In this document: positions 27,766 through 37,728 of the stretch, one piece after another
Numbering within the stretch: position 1 is the first letter of the stretch
How the letters are laid out: every line of letters starts with the position of its first letter
NCBI GenBank assembly: GCA_944391705.1
Contig: CALXUN010000004.1
Coordinates: forward strand, 13,126 to 77,125
Direction of reading: 5' to 3'
Length of the DNA stretch: 64,000 nucleotides
From: an uncultured Alphaproteobacteria bacterium
GTDB taxonomy: Bacteria; Pseudomonadota; Alphaproteobacteria; RF32; CAG-239
Program-made: the position numbers and the translations under genes
The notes under the pieces: model-generated
The model's input: only the letters and a program-made list of their open reading frames with translations
The model's database searches: none
What the model was told of the DNA's origin: nothing

Positions 27766-29094
27766 ATGTCTGATTTTACCATAGCCGAATTACTTATTTT
27801 TCAGTTTATCCTGATTTTGTTGAATGCCGTTTTTGCCTGCGCCGAAATTGCCGTTATATCCATCAACGACAACAAATTAAAAAACATGGCCGACAACGGC
27901 AATAAACAAGCTAAACGCCTGACAGCTCTTTTAAGACAACCGGCTGACTTTTTGGCAACCATCCAAATCGGTATCACTCTGGCCGGATTTTTAGGCAGCG
28001 CTTTTGCCGCCGACAACTTTTCCGACCGTATTGTCAACTGGCTGATTGAGGCCGGCGTAACGCTTTCGCCCAAAACACTGGATGTTTTATCAGTCATCGG
28101 CATCACCCTCATACTCTCATACATTACGCTCATTTTAGGCGAATTGGTACCTAAGCGCATTGCCATGAATTATGCCGAAAAAATCGGACTTTCCATGTCC
28201 GGTATCATTTATGCCATTGCCAAAATTTTTGCCCCGCTCGTTTGGCTTTTAACCGCCTCCACCAACGCCGTTTTACATCTGCTGCGCATTAATCCGGACG
28301 AAAAAAATGAACAGGTTACCGAAGAAGAAATCCGAATGATGATTGATGTCGGAAATCAAAACGGAGCCATTGACGATATTGAAAAAAACATCATTCACAA
28401 TGTATTTGAATTTGACGATAAAATTGCCGAAGAAATTATGACCCACCGCACGGACGTGACATTTTTAAATATTGCCGAACCGCTCGAAAAGTGGGACGAA
28501 ATCATAATTAATTCAAAATATTCCGTTTATCCTGTTTATGAAAACGATTCGGATAACATTGTCGGTACGCTTTCATTAAAAGATTATATCAGGTATAAAA
28601 AACAGGGCAAAGAAGCCGTACTTGAAAATGCGCTTAAACCGGCACAATTCATCAGCAAATCAAAACACATCGATGAATTGTTTACCGCCATGCAGAAAAG
28701 CCGCAACCATTTTGCCGTCGTCGTTGATGAATACGGCGGCGTTTACGGCATTATAACCATGAATGACATTTTGGAAGAAATCGTCGGTGATTTGGAAGAC
28801 GACGTTACGGCACCTGACAACACCCCGCTGATTTTACAAACCGGAGAAAATTCATGGATAATCCGGGGCTGCGCGCCGGTTGATGATGTTTCGGAAACAT
28901 TGGGTATCAAACTTTCCGATGATTACAGCGACACTTTTGCCGGATTTTTATTAACAGCCATGGGTGGTTTTCCCGAAGACCGCAAAAGTCGGAAATTCGA
29001 ATACCGGGATTTGAAAATAAAAATCACCAAAATGAAAGGACGGCGGATTGAGGAAGCCTCGGTCCAGCGTATACAAACAAAAGCACAGCCCTGA
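27766..29094 (+). CDS. HlyC/CorC-family transporter (DUF21 TMs + CBS pair + CorC_HlyC domain)
   Basis: 442 aa with four N-terminal TM helices, tandem CBS domains and a C-terminal transporter-associated domain. Confidence 0.85.
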   Translation: MSDFTIAELLIFQFILILLNAVFACAEIAVISINDNKLKNMADNGNKQAKRLTALLRQPADFLATIQIGITLAGFLGSAFAADNFSDRIVNWLIEAGVTLSPKTLDVLSVIGITLILSYITLILGELVPKRIAMNYAEKIGLSMSGIIYAIAKIFAPLVWLLTASTNAVLHLLRINPDEKNEQVTEEEIRMMIDVGNQNGAIDDIEKNIIHNVFEFDDKIAEEIMTHRTDVTFLNIAEPLEKWDEIIINSKYSVYPVYENDSDNIVGTLSLKDYIRYKKQGKEAVLENALKPAQFISKSKHIDELFTAMQKSRNHFAVVVDEYGGVYGIITMNDILEEIVGDLEDDVTAPDNTPLILQTGENSWIIRGCAPVDDVSETLGIKLSDDYSDTFAGFLLTAMGGFPEDRKSRKFEYRDLKIKITKMKGRRIEEASVQRIQTKAQP

Positions 29095-29201
29095 TATCGG
29101 CAGAAAATAACTTTCTTGTTAAAAGAATAAAAAAACATCTATAAATTTCTCTCATCTCATATATCTTATAAATATCAAATCATTTTATAAGGAGAAAACA
29201 G

Positions 29202-29795
29202 ATGAAAAAGAATTTCATGGCAGCCGTTTTGTTCGCGGCTCTGGCACTCAGCGGTTTCAACGCCGGCGCTGAAGAACTGGCGCTGCCAAAGCCTGATACT
29301 TCATCAGCCTTAATGAAAATTATTGATGCCCGTCAGTCCGGCCGCGCTTACAGCGACCAAAAAATTTCCGAACAGGAATTAAGCAATATTTTATGGGCGG
29401 CATTCGGTGCCAACAGCCACGGCAAACGAACCATCCCGACCGGTCGTAACCAGCAGGATTTAAAAGTTTTTGTAATTTATGATAATGCCGTATGGTTATA
29501 TGACGGTAAAAACAACCTCTTGAATAAATATTCGGAAACGGATCTCATGCCTTATCTTGATTCGCAGGATTTTGTTAAACCGGCACCGGTCCATTTAATT
29601 TATGCCGGCGGTAAAAAATACGCTGAAGCCCATAGCGGTTCTGCTTATGAAAACGTTTACCTGTATGCCGCCGAAAACGGTCTTTCCACCGTTATCCGCG
29701 GCCTGATTGACCGCGATGGCCTGCACAAAGCTTTAAACTTAAATGAAGATGAGGTTGTGACCTACCATCAGCCGATCGGCTATCCGGCACAATAA
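29202..29795 (+). CDS. Nitroreductase-fold protein with signal peptide
   Basis: N-terminal MKKNFMAAVLFAALALSGFNAGA signal; core with RQSGRAYS and ILWAAFGAN reminiscent of the nitroreductase/SagB-type fold. Confidence 0.45.
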   Translation: MKKNFMAAVLFAALALSGFNAGAEELALPKPDTSSALMKIIDARQSGRAYSDQKISEQELSNILWAAFGANSHGKRTIPTGRNQQDLKVFVIYDNAVWLYDGKNNLLNKYSETDLMPYLDSQDFVKPAPVHLIYAGGKKYAEAHSGSAYENVYLYAAENGLSTVIRGLIDRDGLHKALNLNEDEVVTYHQPIGYPAQ

Positions 29796-29889
29796 ATTTA
29801 TGCAGGGCTGCCATATGAAACAGCCCTGTTTTTTATTTTTTAATTTGTAAGTTAAAAAGAATTATGCTACATTACAAACCGAGGTTATC

Positions 29890-30090
29890 ATGACTTTAGA
29901 CGAACGCTTGATAGACATTGAAATGGCCGTCGCCAATCTGCAAAAAACGGTTGATGAACTAAATGAAGTCGTCATTCGCCAAGGCCGGGAAATTGATTTA
30001 CTGGTAAAAGAAAACAAGCTTTTGGCAGATATGCTTAAAGAAGAAAATATCAAGCCTTTGCAGGAAGAAACACCGCCGCCGCATTATTAG
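29890..30090 (+). CDS. slyX: SlyX family protein
   Basis: 66 aa coiled-coil (LDERLIDIEMAVANLQKTVDELNEVVIRQGREID) typical of SlyX. Confidence 0.75.
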   Translation: MTLDERLIDIEMAVANLQKTVDELNEVVIRQGREIDLLVKENKLLADMLKEENIKPLQEETPPPHY

Positions 30091-30100
30091 GGGAACAGAA

Positions 30101-31282
30101 ATGGTTGCTGCTATTTGTATTCACAACGCCACCGTCTTAAACGGATTTTCTGCCATGAAAAATTGTGCGGTGCTTATTAAGCAGCAAAAAATTATTGATG
30201 TTTTCAATGAAGAACGTTTCACCCAGAAAAACTTCAAAGCCGACACCGTTTTTATTGATGCCAAAGGTGCATATGTTGCCCCCGGTTTTATAGACACCCA
30301 CATTCACGGCATCGGCGGTTACGGTACGGATGATTATCAAAGCGATTCCATTCTGCAAATGTCCGAAATTTTAAGTGAGTACGGCGTAACTTCTTTTATC
30401 CCCACGCTTTATTCCGCTCCGAAAGAAGAACTTATTTGCGGTATCAAGGCTGTTGTTAAAGCCATGGGCCATGAAAAAGGTGCCAGAATTTTAGGTATTC
30501 ACCTGGAAGGGCCGTTTATCTCTCCGGAACGTTTAGGCGTCCAGTCTCAAGATTCCATAAGCCCGGTAAATCTGGATTTAATGGAAAGTTTATGGGAAGC
30601 CTCCGCCGGTCATATCATAAATATGACCGTTGCACCTGAATTAAAACATATGCGGGAACTGGCTTTATATTGCGTATCCAAAGGAATTATCCTGCAGGCC
30701 GGGCATACCAATGCAACCTATGCCCAGATGGTCGAAGGCATGCAGGTGCGGATTTTACATGTTACCCACTTGTTTAATGCCATGAGCCGTATGCATCACC
30801 GCGATCCGGGGGCTGTCGGTGCCGTATTTATTCATCCGGAACTTTCCTGTGAGGTTATTGCCGACGGTATCCATATCAACCCTGACATCATCAAATTCCT
30901 GCTGACCTGTAAGTCACTGGATAAAATAGTTCTGGTTACCGATTCCCTAAAGCCCACGAAACAAAAGAAAAAACCGTTAATTGCAAATGGAGAAGAAGTA
31001 TACCTGGACAAATGCTTTTACCGCAAATCAGACAATGTTATTGCCGGTTCGGCTTTAACCATGCTTGACAGCGTCCGCAACATTGTATCTTACGGCTTTA
31101 CCGTTGAACAGGCCATTCATATGGCTTCAACCAATCCGGCACGGATTATGCGCCAGGAACATTTAGGCCTGATTGCCCCGGGCTATGATGCGGACCTGGT
31201 CATTTTTAACAAAAACTTAAACATTTTATATACAATAATTAAAGGTAATCTTTATCATAAAGGAAAAAAACTATGCGTGTAA
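30101..31282 (+). CDS. nagA: N-acetylglucosamine-6-phosphate deacetylase
   Basis: 393 aa amidohydrolase with GFIDTHIHG and HLEGP motifs; overlaps nagB by 10 bp. Confidence 0.85.
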   Translation: MVAAICIHNATVLNGFSAMKNCAVLIKQQKIIDVFNEERFTQKNFKADTVFIDAKGAYVAPGFIDTHIHGIGGYGTDDYQSDSILQMSEILSEYGVTSFIPTLYSAPKEELICGIKAVVKAMGHEKGARILGIHLEGPFISPERLGVQSQDSISPVNLDLMESLWEASAGHIINMTVAPELKHMRELALYCVSKGIILQAGHTNATYAQMVEGMQVRILHVTHLFNAMSRMHHRDPGAVGAVFIHPELSCEVIADGIHINPDIIKFLLTCKSLDKIVLVTDSLKPTKQKKKPLIANGEEVYLDKCFYRKSDNVIAGSALTMLDSVRNIVSYGFTVEQAIHMASTNPARIMRQEHLGLIAPGYDADLVIFNKNLNILYTIIKGNLYHKGKKLCV

Positions 31283-32064
31283 TTATAAAACCTGATTATG
31301 ACACAGTTTCCAAATGGGCGGCAAATTATGTCGTCTATCGGATTAACAAATTCAGACCAAGTGCTTCCCGCCCTTTCGTTTTAGGGTTACCGACGGGCTC
31401 CACGCCGCTTGGTTTTTATAAAGTACTTATTGAGCTTTATAAAGAACGCAAAGTTTCATTTGAAAACGTTGTTACATTCAATATGGATGAATATATCGGC
31501 CTAAAACCGTCTGATCCCCAGAGTTATCGCTATTTCATGGAAGAAAATTTCTTCAAACACGTGAATTTAAAACCGCAAAACATTCATATGTTAAACGGAA
31601 TGACCAAAGATTATGAAAAGGAGTGCCGGGATTATGAAAAGGCCATCCGCCAGGCCGGCGGAATTCATTTATTTATCGGCGGCATCGGTACCGACGGCCA
31701 TATTGCCTTCAACGAACCGTTTTCTTCGCTTTCGTCCCGGACGCGGGTAAAGACGTTAACCGAAAGCACCATAAAAGCTAATTCCCGCTTTTTTGACGGC
31801 GATTTATCCCGCGTCCCGACCACAGTATTAACCGTCGGCGTGGCAACAATCATGGACGCCGCCGAGGTCATGATTCTGGCTACCGGCGAAAATAAAGCGA
31901 CAGCCTTAAAACACGGCATTGAAGAAGGTGTCAGCCATGTCTGGACAATTTCGGCATTGCAAATGCACCCGCACGGTATTATCGTTTGTGATAAACCGGC
32001 CACAAAAGAATTGTCCGAACAAACCGTTAACTATTTTATGGATATTGAAAAAAATAATTTCTGA
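31273..32064 (+). CDS. nagB: Glucosamine-6-phosphate deaminase
   Basis: 263 aa with GLPTGSTP and MDEYIGL motifs. Confidence 0.9.
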   Translation: MRVIIKPDYDTVSKWAANYVVYRINKFRPSASRPFVLGLPTGSTPLGFYKVLIELYKERKVSFENVVTFNMDEYIGLKPSDPQSYRYFMEENFFKHVNLKPQNIHMLNGMTKDYEKECRDYEKAIRQAGGIHLFIGGIGTDGHIAFNEPFSSLSSRTRVKTLTESTIKANSRFFDGDLSRVPTTVLTVGVATIMDAAEVMILATGENKATALKHGIEEGVSHVWTISALQMHPHGIIVCDKPATKELSEQTVNYFMDIEKNNF

Positions 32065-32096
32065 AAATACAAGGCTCCTTTATTACAGGAGCCTTT

Positions 32097-32594
32097 TTAA
32101 GATAAAACTTTTTCACCTAAAAATGCCAAAATCTGATTTAAAACTTCTTCGGGCGGCAAATGAAAATTCAAAAAGAGCTGATTATGCTTTCCGGTAAGGC
32201 ACACTTCCTGCCTGGCATCATAAAGACAAAAAGGTGTTTCAAAATTTTCCCCGTACAAAGCAGAATCATCAATATGAAAATCTATGCCGTTCTCCCGGCA
32301 ATATTTTGCCTTGGCATCATTCCACAATGAATCCTTAACCTGAAAAGAACCGTCAGGAAGGTGCAAAACCATATTTTTACGTTCAAAATAATCCAGCATC
32401 GACCAGACAACCGAATACACAATACCGTGCAAATGAAGATATTCCTTGATATCCTGACCGGCACCGCCGCTTAAAATATATATTTTACAACCATTATCCA
32501 GAGCTTTTTGATTAAATTCCTTAAAAAAATCAGGATTAGCCGTAATAACGCCATGATAATCCACGCCGATTTTAACCTGCCTTTTCATCATTTT
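32097..32594 (-). CDS. Hypothetical protein (degenerate HAD-like?)
   Basis: MMKRQVKIGVDYHGVI... resembles HAD motif I with the second Asp replaced. Start chosen at 32594; the track ORF extends to 32708 inside asmA. Confidence 0.35.
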   Translation of the reverse strand, partial: KMMKRQVKIGVDYHGVITANPDFFKEFNQKALDNGCKIYILSGGAGQDIKEYLHLHGIVYSVVWSMLDYFERKNMVLHLPDGSFQVKDSLWNDAKAKYCRENGIDFHIDDSALYGENFETPFCLYDARQEVCLTGKHNQLFLNFHLPPEEVLNQILAFLGEKVLS

Positions 32595-35500
32595 CTCCTC
32601 CGGCTGACGAGAATAAATCTTTAACAGAATTCGGGCTGAAAACCGAAAGCGGATTAATACTGATTTTCGGATCCTGCAAGCTTCCCTTAATGCTGTAATT
32701 GGCAGCAAACACTGTCCCGTCTTTTCCGGCCAGAACCGAACCGACCAGCGGGATTCTGCCGATAAGGGAATTAAGGCTGTATGCCGGCGAAATAATCCCC
32801 CTGATATCTATTTTTTCATTAACGCGGTGGTAAGAGCCGCTGCCGGTAAAGCCGATAACATTGCCAAACATCTTGGCATCTTTTATATAAAGTGTTTTGT
32901 TTTTATACTCAAACGGCGCGTCAAAGTGCGAAAATGCAAGCCCTTCTCCACGCAGTAAATCCAACATACCGCTGAAAGAGGCCACGGTCAAAAGCTTTGC
33001 CAGCAACGGCGTATTTTGGATACTGAAATCTCGTATCTGGGCATGACCGACAAATTGCTTGTTACGGTCACGCTTTGCTTCGATTTTCAAAATTCCGCCG
33101 TTCATATTGTCATAAAGACGCAAAACTCTCAGCGTGCTTCCGGCGTTATTGCTGTCAATGGAAAGCAGATACTCGCCGTTCGGGCGGGGAACATAGTCCA
33201 GCTTCAGCTTAATTGATTTATCTGTACCGTAGTTACCGACCATATGGGCTTCTTCCACACCAACACCGTTTTTTAAAACCGCACTTCCGGCAAAGTTTTT
33301 AATCGGCGTTTTCGGATTAGTCCACAAACTGTTCACGGCAATAAAAATTTCGGCATCCGGAACAGCTGTCCAGTCATCATCACCGCTGCCGGCTGTTGAA
33401 ACCTTATTCTCATCGGATTTTGCAAAAAGTTCGGTTAAATCGTAGCTGTTGCCGCTGACATTGGCTTTGATGCTTTTTTGCGCAGATCCGCTAAATTCGA
33501 TTTTTGCCTTGGCTGCCGTTTTCGGCCCTTTAATGTCGGTAATGTCAATAGTTCTGACCTCCCCTTTGTTATCAACCCCTATTTTTCCCTGCAGGTTAAA
33601 ATCAGACTTTGCCAGAGAAAATGATGGAATATCAGACAATTTGTTATCAGAAAACTCTATTTTTGTTTTAATTTTTCCCCACTTTCCGCGGGCTTTTTTA
33701 AACCCTAAAAAGCTGTAATCTATTGCCGCGTGAGTTAAATCGGCATCAATTTCCAAACGGGCTTTATGATTGTTTAAAACGGTCAAATCCGCAATAACAT
33801 CGGCATACCCTTCAATATAAGGAGCATCCAAAATTGCGGCATTAATACCAAGTTTTTTCTTAACCGCGTCATCGACTTTAAGCGTAAACTTTCCTTTGCT
33901 CTTATAGGCTTCATTATCAAAAGTCTGATTGATGACAACATTAACGGGAATGCCGTCAAATTCGGCATCTCCTAATACGATAAACCCGTCACTGTTAACT
34001 TCTACCGCCATTTTTTCGGCCGTCAGATTTTTACCGTCGGCGACATCGGGCATTTTAACCTGGCTCAAATCGGCCTTGACATCAACTTTAATATCTTCCG
34101 GCTTCAAGTCTTCATACAATTCAAAATTTAAGCCCAGCTCTATTTCGACATCACCTAAAACAGCCTCCGGTTTTATCCCCATTTCCTGAGCAAAATTAAG
34201 CGGCGGATGGTCAATAAATTTCAACGCATCGGTAATGCTTGAATTGCCTTTGATTTTAATATCAATAAAATTATGATACTTGTCCAAATCATAAAGCCGG
34301 ACATTGCCGCCGGTAATGATAACCCCTTCGGAAACGCCTTTGTCTACCTTAATATCAATATCCGAAGAAGAAAAGAAAGCCGTTCCGTATACGTTATTGA
34401 CCACCGGCATTCCCTCAAGATAGGAAATATTACTGTCAACCACATCGGCTTTACCTTCAAGTTTGGAAAGATATAAAGTTTTAAGCTCTTCATTATAACT
34501 GAAAATAAAATCAAACCGGCCGTTTTCGGCATATCCGCCGTAAAGGTTTTCTTTGCACCATTCCCAGGCCGGTTCGGCCAGATAGCGCGGCCAGAATTTA
34601 GACAAGTCGTCAAGACCGAAACGCGCAATATCGGCGCTGAACACAATTTTCAAGTCTTCAAGCGATCTTTCAAAGAAATACTTTTTATATCCGGAAACAT
34701 CAAGCCCCAAACGGGTTTTCTGCCCGCCGACTTCAAAATCGGCATCTTTAATGGATATGGAATTCAAATCCCCCGAGACCGTTCCATTTAAAACAAAAGC
34801 ATCAATACCGTAGTTAAATTCCTTATTTTCGTTAAATACAACCTCACCGGCATCGCCTTTGATATCAAAAACGATTTGTTCAATAGCAGAATCCAACCCG
34901 CCGATAAGATTATCTTTATGCGCCAAAATTTCACTGAAATTTATTAATGCGCTGACATTTCCTTCCACCGGCACCTCAATTTTAGGATATTCTCCGCCCC
35001 AGTTGCTGATGATATCCGACAAAACCAAATCGGAAAAATCCAGTTTAAGCGCCAGCTTATTGCTTCCCGGGCGGTATTCTCCGCCGATTTTAAGCGTTGC
35101 CATTCTGTCTTGCATATCAAGCAACCCGCCGACGGCAATTTCCAGATTGGTCAGATTGCGTTCAAAATGAAAATTAACATCTTGAAAACCCAGTTTCCGC
35201 CCGAGTTCAACCTCGTGAAATTCCACCTCGGCATTGTTAACCGTTATTTCATTGATAAAACTTTCCGGATAAATATCATCTTCGGAGTTAAACCTGTCTA
35301 AAAAATCTTCAAACCACTCAAAATAAAACTGCAGTTTCTTTTTATTGGCTTCATTAACCTTGTCTTTTTCCACCCCGTAAGTGGTAAAAACGGCAATTTC
35401 CGGATTTTCGAAAGTAACGCTGCTCGGTGCCACAATACCCTTAAGTAAAGCCCGGATACTAAATGAAAGCGAAAGTTTCGGCGTATGAACCGAAAATTCA

Positions 35501-35784
35501 TCATCATTTTGGCGGAAAACCACATCGTTGGCAATAATTTTAACCGGCTGTATGGAGCGGACCAACTCCAGATTAACCTCCCCGACATTTACCGAGAATT
35601 CCGAATCTTCCGAATTAAGCGCCTGCATGATATACGGCTTCAGAAACGGAACGGAAAGCGGCCCCTGATACAAAATCCATAATAAATATAATAATGAAAG
35701 CAGCAAGGCTACCCCGAGGTAATCCGCCGTCTTACGCATATAATATATTTTTCCGGAAATTTTCTTCATGAAAGCTGCAGCCAC
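32572..35784 (-). CDS. AsmA-family outer-membrane biogenesis protein
   Basis: 1070 aa, N-terminal TM anchor then a long beta-rich periplasmic region; AsmA-like C-terminal region. Confidence 0.75.
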   Translation of the reverse strand: MAAAFMKKISGKIYYMRKTADYLGVALLLSLLYLLWILYQGPLSVPFLKPYIMQALNSEDSEFSVNVGEVNLELVRSIQPVKIIANDVVFRQNDDEFSVHTPKLSLSFSIRALLKGIVAPSSVTFENPEIAVFTTYGVEKDKVNEANKKKLQFYFEWFEDFLDRFNSEDDIYPESFINEITVNNAEVEFHEVELGRKLGFQDVNFHFERNLTNLEIAVGGLLDMQDRMATLKIGGEYRPGSNKLALKLDFSDLVLSDIISNWGGEYPKIEVPVEGNVSALINFSEILAHKDNLIGGLDSAIEQIVFDIKGDAGEVVFNENKEFNYGIDAFVLNGTVSGDLNSISIKDADFEVGGQKTRLGLDVSGYKKYFFERSLEDLKIVFSADIARFGLDDLSKFWPRYLAEPAWEWCKENLYGGYAENGRFDFIFSYNEELKTLYLSKLEGKADVVDSNISYLEGMPVVNNVYGTAFFSSSDIDIKVDKGVSEGVIITGGNVRLYDLDKYHNFIDIKIKGNSSITDALKFIDHPPLNFAQEMGIKPEAVLGDVEIELGLNFELYEDLKPEDIKVDVKADLSQVKMPDVADGKNLTAEKMAVEVNSDGFIVLGDAEFDGIPVNVVINQTFDNEAYKSKGKFTLKVDDAVKKKLGINAAILDAPYIEGYADVIADLTVLNNHKARLEIDADLTHAAIDYSFLGFKKARGKWGKIKTKIEFSDNKLSDIPSFSLAKSDFNLQGKIGVDNKGEVRTIDITDIKGPKTAAKAKIEFSGSAQKSIKANVSGNSYDLTELFAKSDENKVSTAGSGDDDWTAVPDAEIFIAVNSLWTNPKTPIKNFAGSAVLKNGVGVEEAHMVGNYGTDKSIKLKLDYVPRPNGEYLLSIDSNNAGSTLRVLRLYDNMNGGILKIEAKRDRNKQFVGHAQIRDFSIQNTPLLAKLLTVASFSGMLDLLRGEGLAFSHFDAPFEYKNKTLYIKDAKMFGNVIGFTGSGSYHRVNEKIDIRGIISPAYSLNSLIGRIPLVGSVLAGKDGTVFAANYSIKGSLQDPKISINPLSVFSPNSVKDLFSSAGGENDEKAG

Positions 35785-36659
35785 TCCAAAATATCACGGT
35801 AATTTCTTAAATTAAACAAAGTATCGTGCGTTGCCCCCTGGTAAACCTTCAATGTTTTCGGCTCCGGCGCGTACTGATAAAGCGCTTTGGCCTGCGCCGG
35901 CGGAATAAGGCTGTCGCTTTCCGTCGTCATAATCAAAACGCGGCTTCTGATTTTATCCACCAGACTGAGATTATTATATGTATCCTTAACCAACAAATCA
36001 AGCGGCACCGACACAATTCCCCCGAAAGTTACATGGTACAAAGCCGTATCAAGCAGACTGGTAAACGGAACTTCCAGGATAAGGGCGTCGAAAGGTTCTT
36101 GTTTTTGCATGGCCGTAACGGCATAAAGTGCCGTGTATGTTCCCAAAGACATGCCGTATACAATAATATCCCTGTTGGCAAAGCCAAGAGAGTTAAGATA
36201 TTTAACCGCATTAACGGCATCTTCTTCCAAATACTTCTGCCGGATTTTCTTTCCCTGTCCGCCAAAACCACGGTATTCCGGAATAAAAACCGAATAGCCG
36301 GCCTCTGCTAAAGGAACCGTTTTATGGTAATAATGTTCGACATTATAAGCATTGCCATGTAAAAACAGCACCGCCTTATGCAGGTTACCTTCCGTTTCAT
36401 TCAAATAAAGCCAACCTTTAGCTTTAAGTCCCTCATAATCATAATAAACAACTTCCCGGGCATCAAACCCGTCGGCCTGCGCTTTTTTAAGATTCCCGGG
36501 ATATGAATACGGATGATAAAAATATATTTCCGGAAAAAAATAAACCGAGGCACATAATAAAACATAAAAGACGGCCGCACCGACAATAATTCTTTTAACG
36601 ATTTTCATCAGCTCCAACCTTTCCGGCCAAAGCCGCGGCCAAAAACATATCAATATCAC
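35766..36659 (-). CDS. Alpha/beta hydrolase (membrane-anchored)
   Basis: 297 aa with N-terminal TM, GMSLGT nucleophile elbow and HG oxyanion motif. Confidence 0.7.
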   Translation of the reverse strand: MILICFWPRLWPERLELMKIVKRIIVGAAVFYVLLCASVYFFPEIYFYHPYSYPGNLKKAQADGFDAREVVYYDYEGLKAKGWLYLNETEGNLHKAVLFLHGNAYNVEHYYHKTVPLAEAGYSVFIPEYRGFGGQGKKIRQKYLEEDAVNAVKYLNSLGFANRDIIVYGMSLGTYTALYAVTAMQKQEPFDALILEVPFTSLLDTALYHVTFGGIVSVPLDLLVKDTYNNLSLVDKIRSRVLIMTTESDSLIPPAQAKALYQYAPEPKTLKVYQGATHDTLFNLRNYRDILEWLQLS

Positions 36660-37702
36660 CGTCCAAAACCGCTTTATAATCCGATGTTTCCACGCCGGTG
36701 CGCAAATCTTTCACCATCTTATAAGGCTGCAGCACATAAGAACGTATCTGGTAACCCCAGCCGTTATCGCCCTGATTTTCCCTCTGTTCAAAAGCAGCAT
36801 CCGAACGCTTTTGCATTTCCCGTTCATATAAACGCGCCTTTAACATTTTCCAGGCATTGTCACGGTTCTGAAACTGCGAACGCTGGCTTTGGCTCTGCAC
36901 AACAATGCCGGTCGGAATATGCGTAATACGTACTGCCGAATCTGTTTTATTGATATGCTGTCCGCCGGCGCCTGATGCCCGGTATGTATCAACCCGGCAA
37001 TCAGCCTCATTAATTTCAATTTCAATCGTATCGTCAACAACCGGATATACGCCCACCGATGCAAAACTGGTATGCCGTCGCCCGGCACTGTCAAACGGTG
37101 AAATTCTGACCAGCCGGTGAACACCCGTTTCCGATTTCAGCCATCCGTAGGCATTATGGCCTGAAATTTTTAAAGTAACGGACTTAATACCGGCAACCTC
37201 ACCTTCTGTTTCTTCCTGATACTCAACTTTATATTCGTGTTTTTCTGCCCAGCGCACATACATCCGTAAAAGCATCTCGGCCCAGTCCTGAGCTTCCGTT
37301 CCGCCGCTGCCGGCATGAATTTCCAGATACGCATCATTGGCATCGGCCTCCCCGGAAAGCAGAGCCTCCAGCTCGCCGCGGCGGGCCTGTTTTTGTAAGT
37401 CTTCCAGCCCGGACATAATCTCTGTCTGTAATTCAGCATCTTCTTCCGACAATTCAGCCATTTCTGCATAATCAGCAAGATTTTTTTCCATCTCCCGGTA
37501 ATGATTAATGCCGTCTTCCAAAAAATTTTTCTCGCTCATCAGCTTTTGTGCTTTAACAGCATCATTCCACAAATCCGGATCGGCACTTAAGGCATTGAGT
37601 TCATCTAAACGCAAAACAGCATTATCATAGTCAAAGAGACCTCCTCAGCAGCGCCAGAGACTGCCTGATACTCTCAATAATATTTTCAAACTCTGCTTTC
37701 AT
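36595..37702 (-). CDS. prfB: Peptide chain release factor 2, requires programmed +1 frameshift
   Basis: ORF0 [23 protein letters not shown] stops at an in-frame TGA within CTT TGA C, preceded by an AGGAGG SD-like element. Reading +1 gives [13 protein letters not shown]..., continuing the 339-aa RF2 body with SPF and GGQ motifs. Confidence 0.9.
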
Positions 37703-37728
37703 TTTCTGTCCTTTTTTTATAAAAATCC

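Noticed and set aside
33016-35682. Numerous 60-100-aa ORFs on both strands inside asmA
   Set aside because: All lie within or antisense to the 1070-aa AsmA-family CDS and lack start signals.
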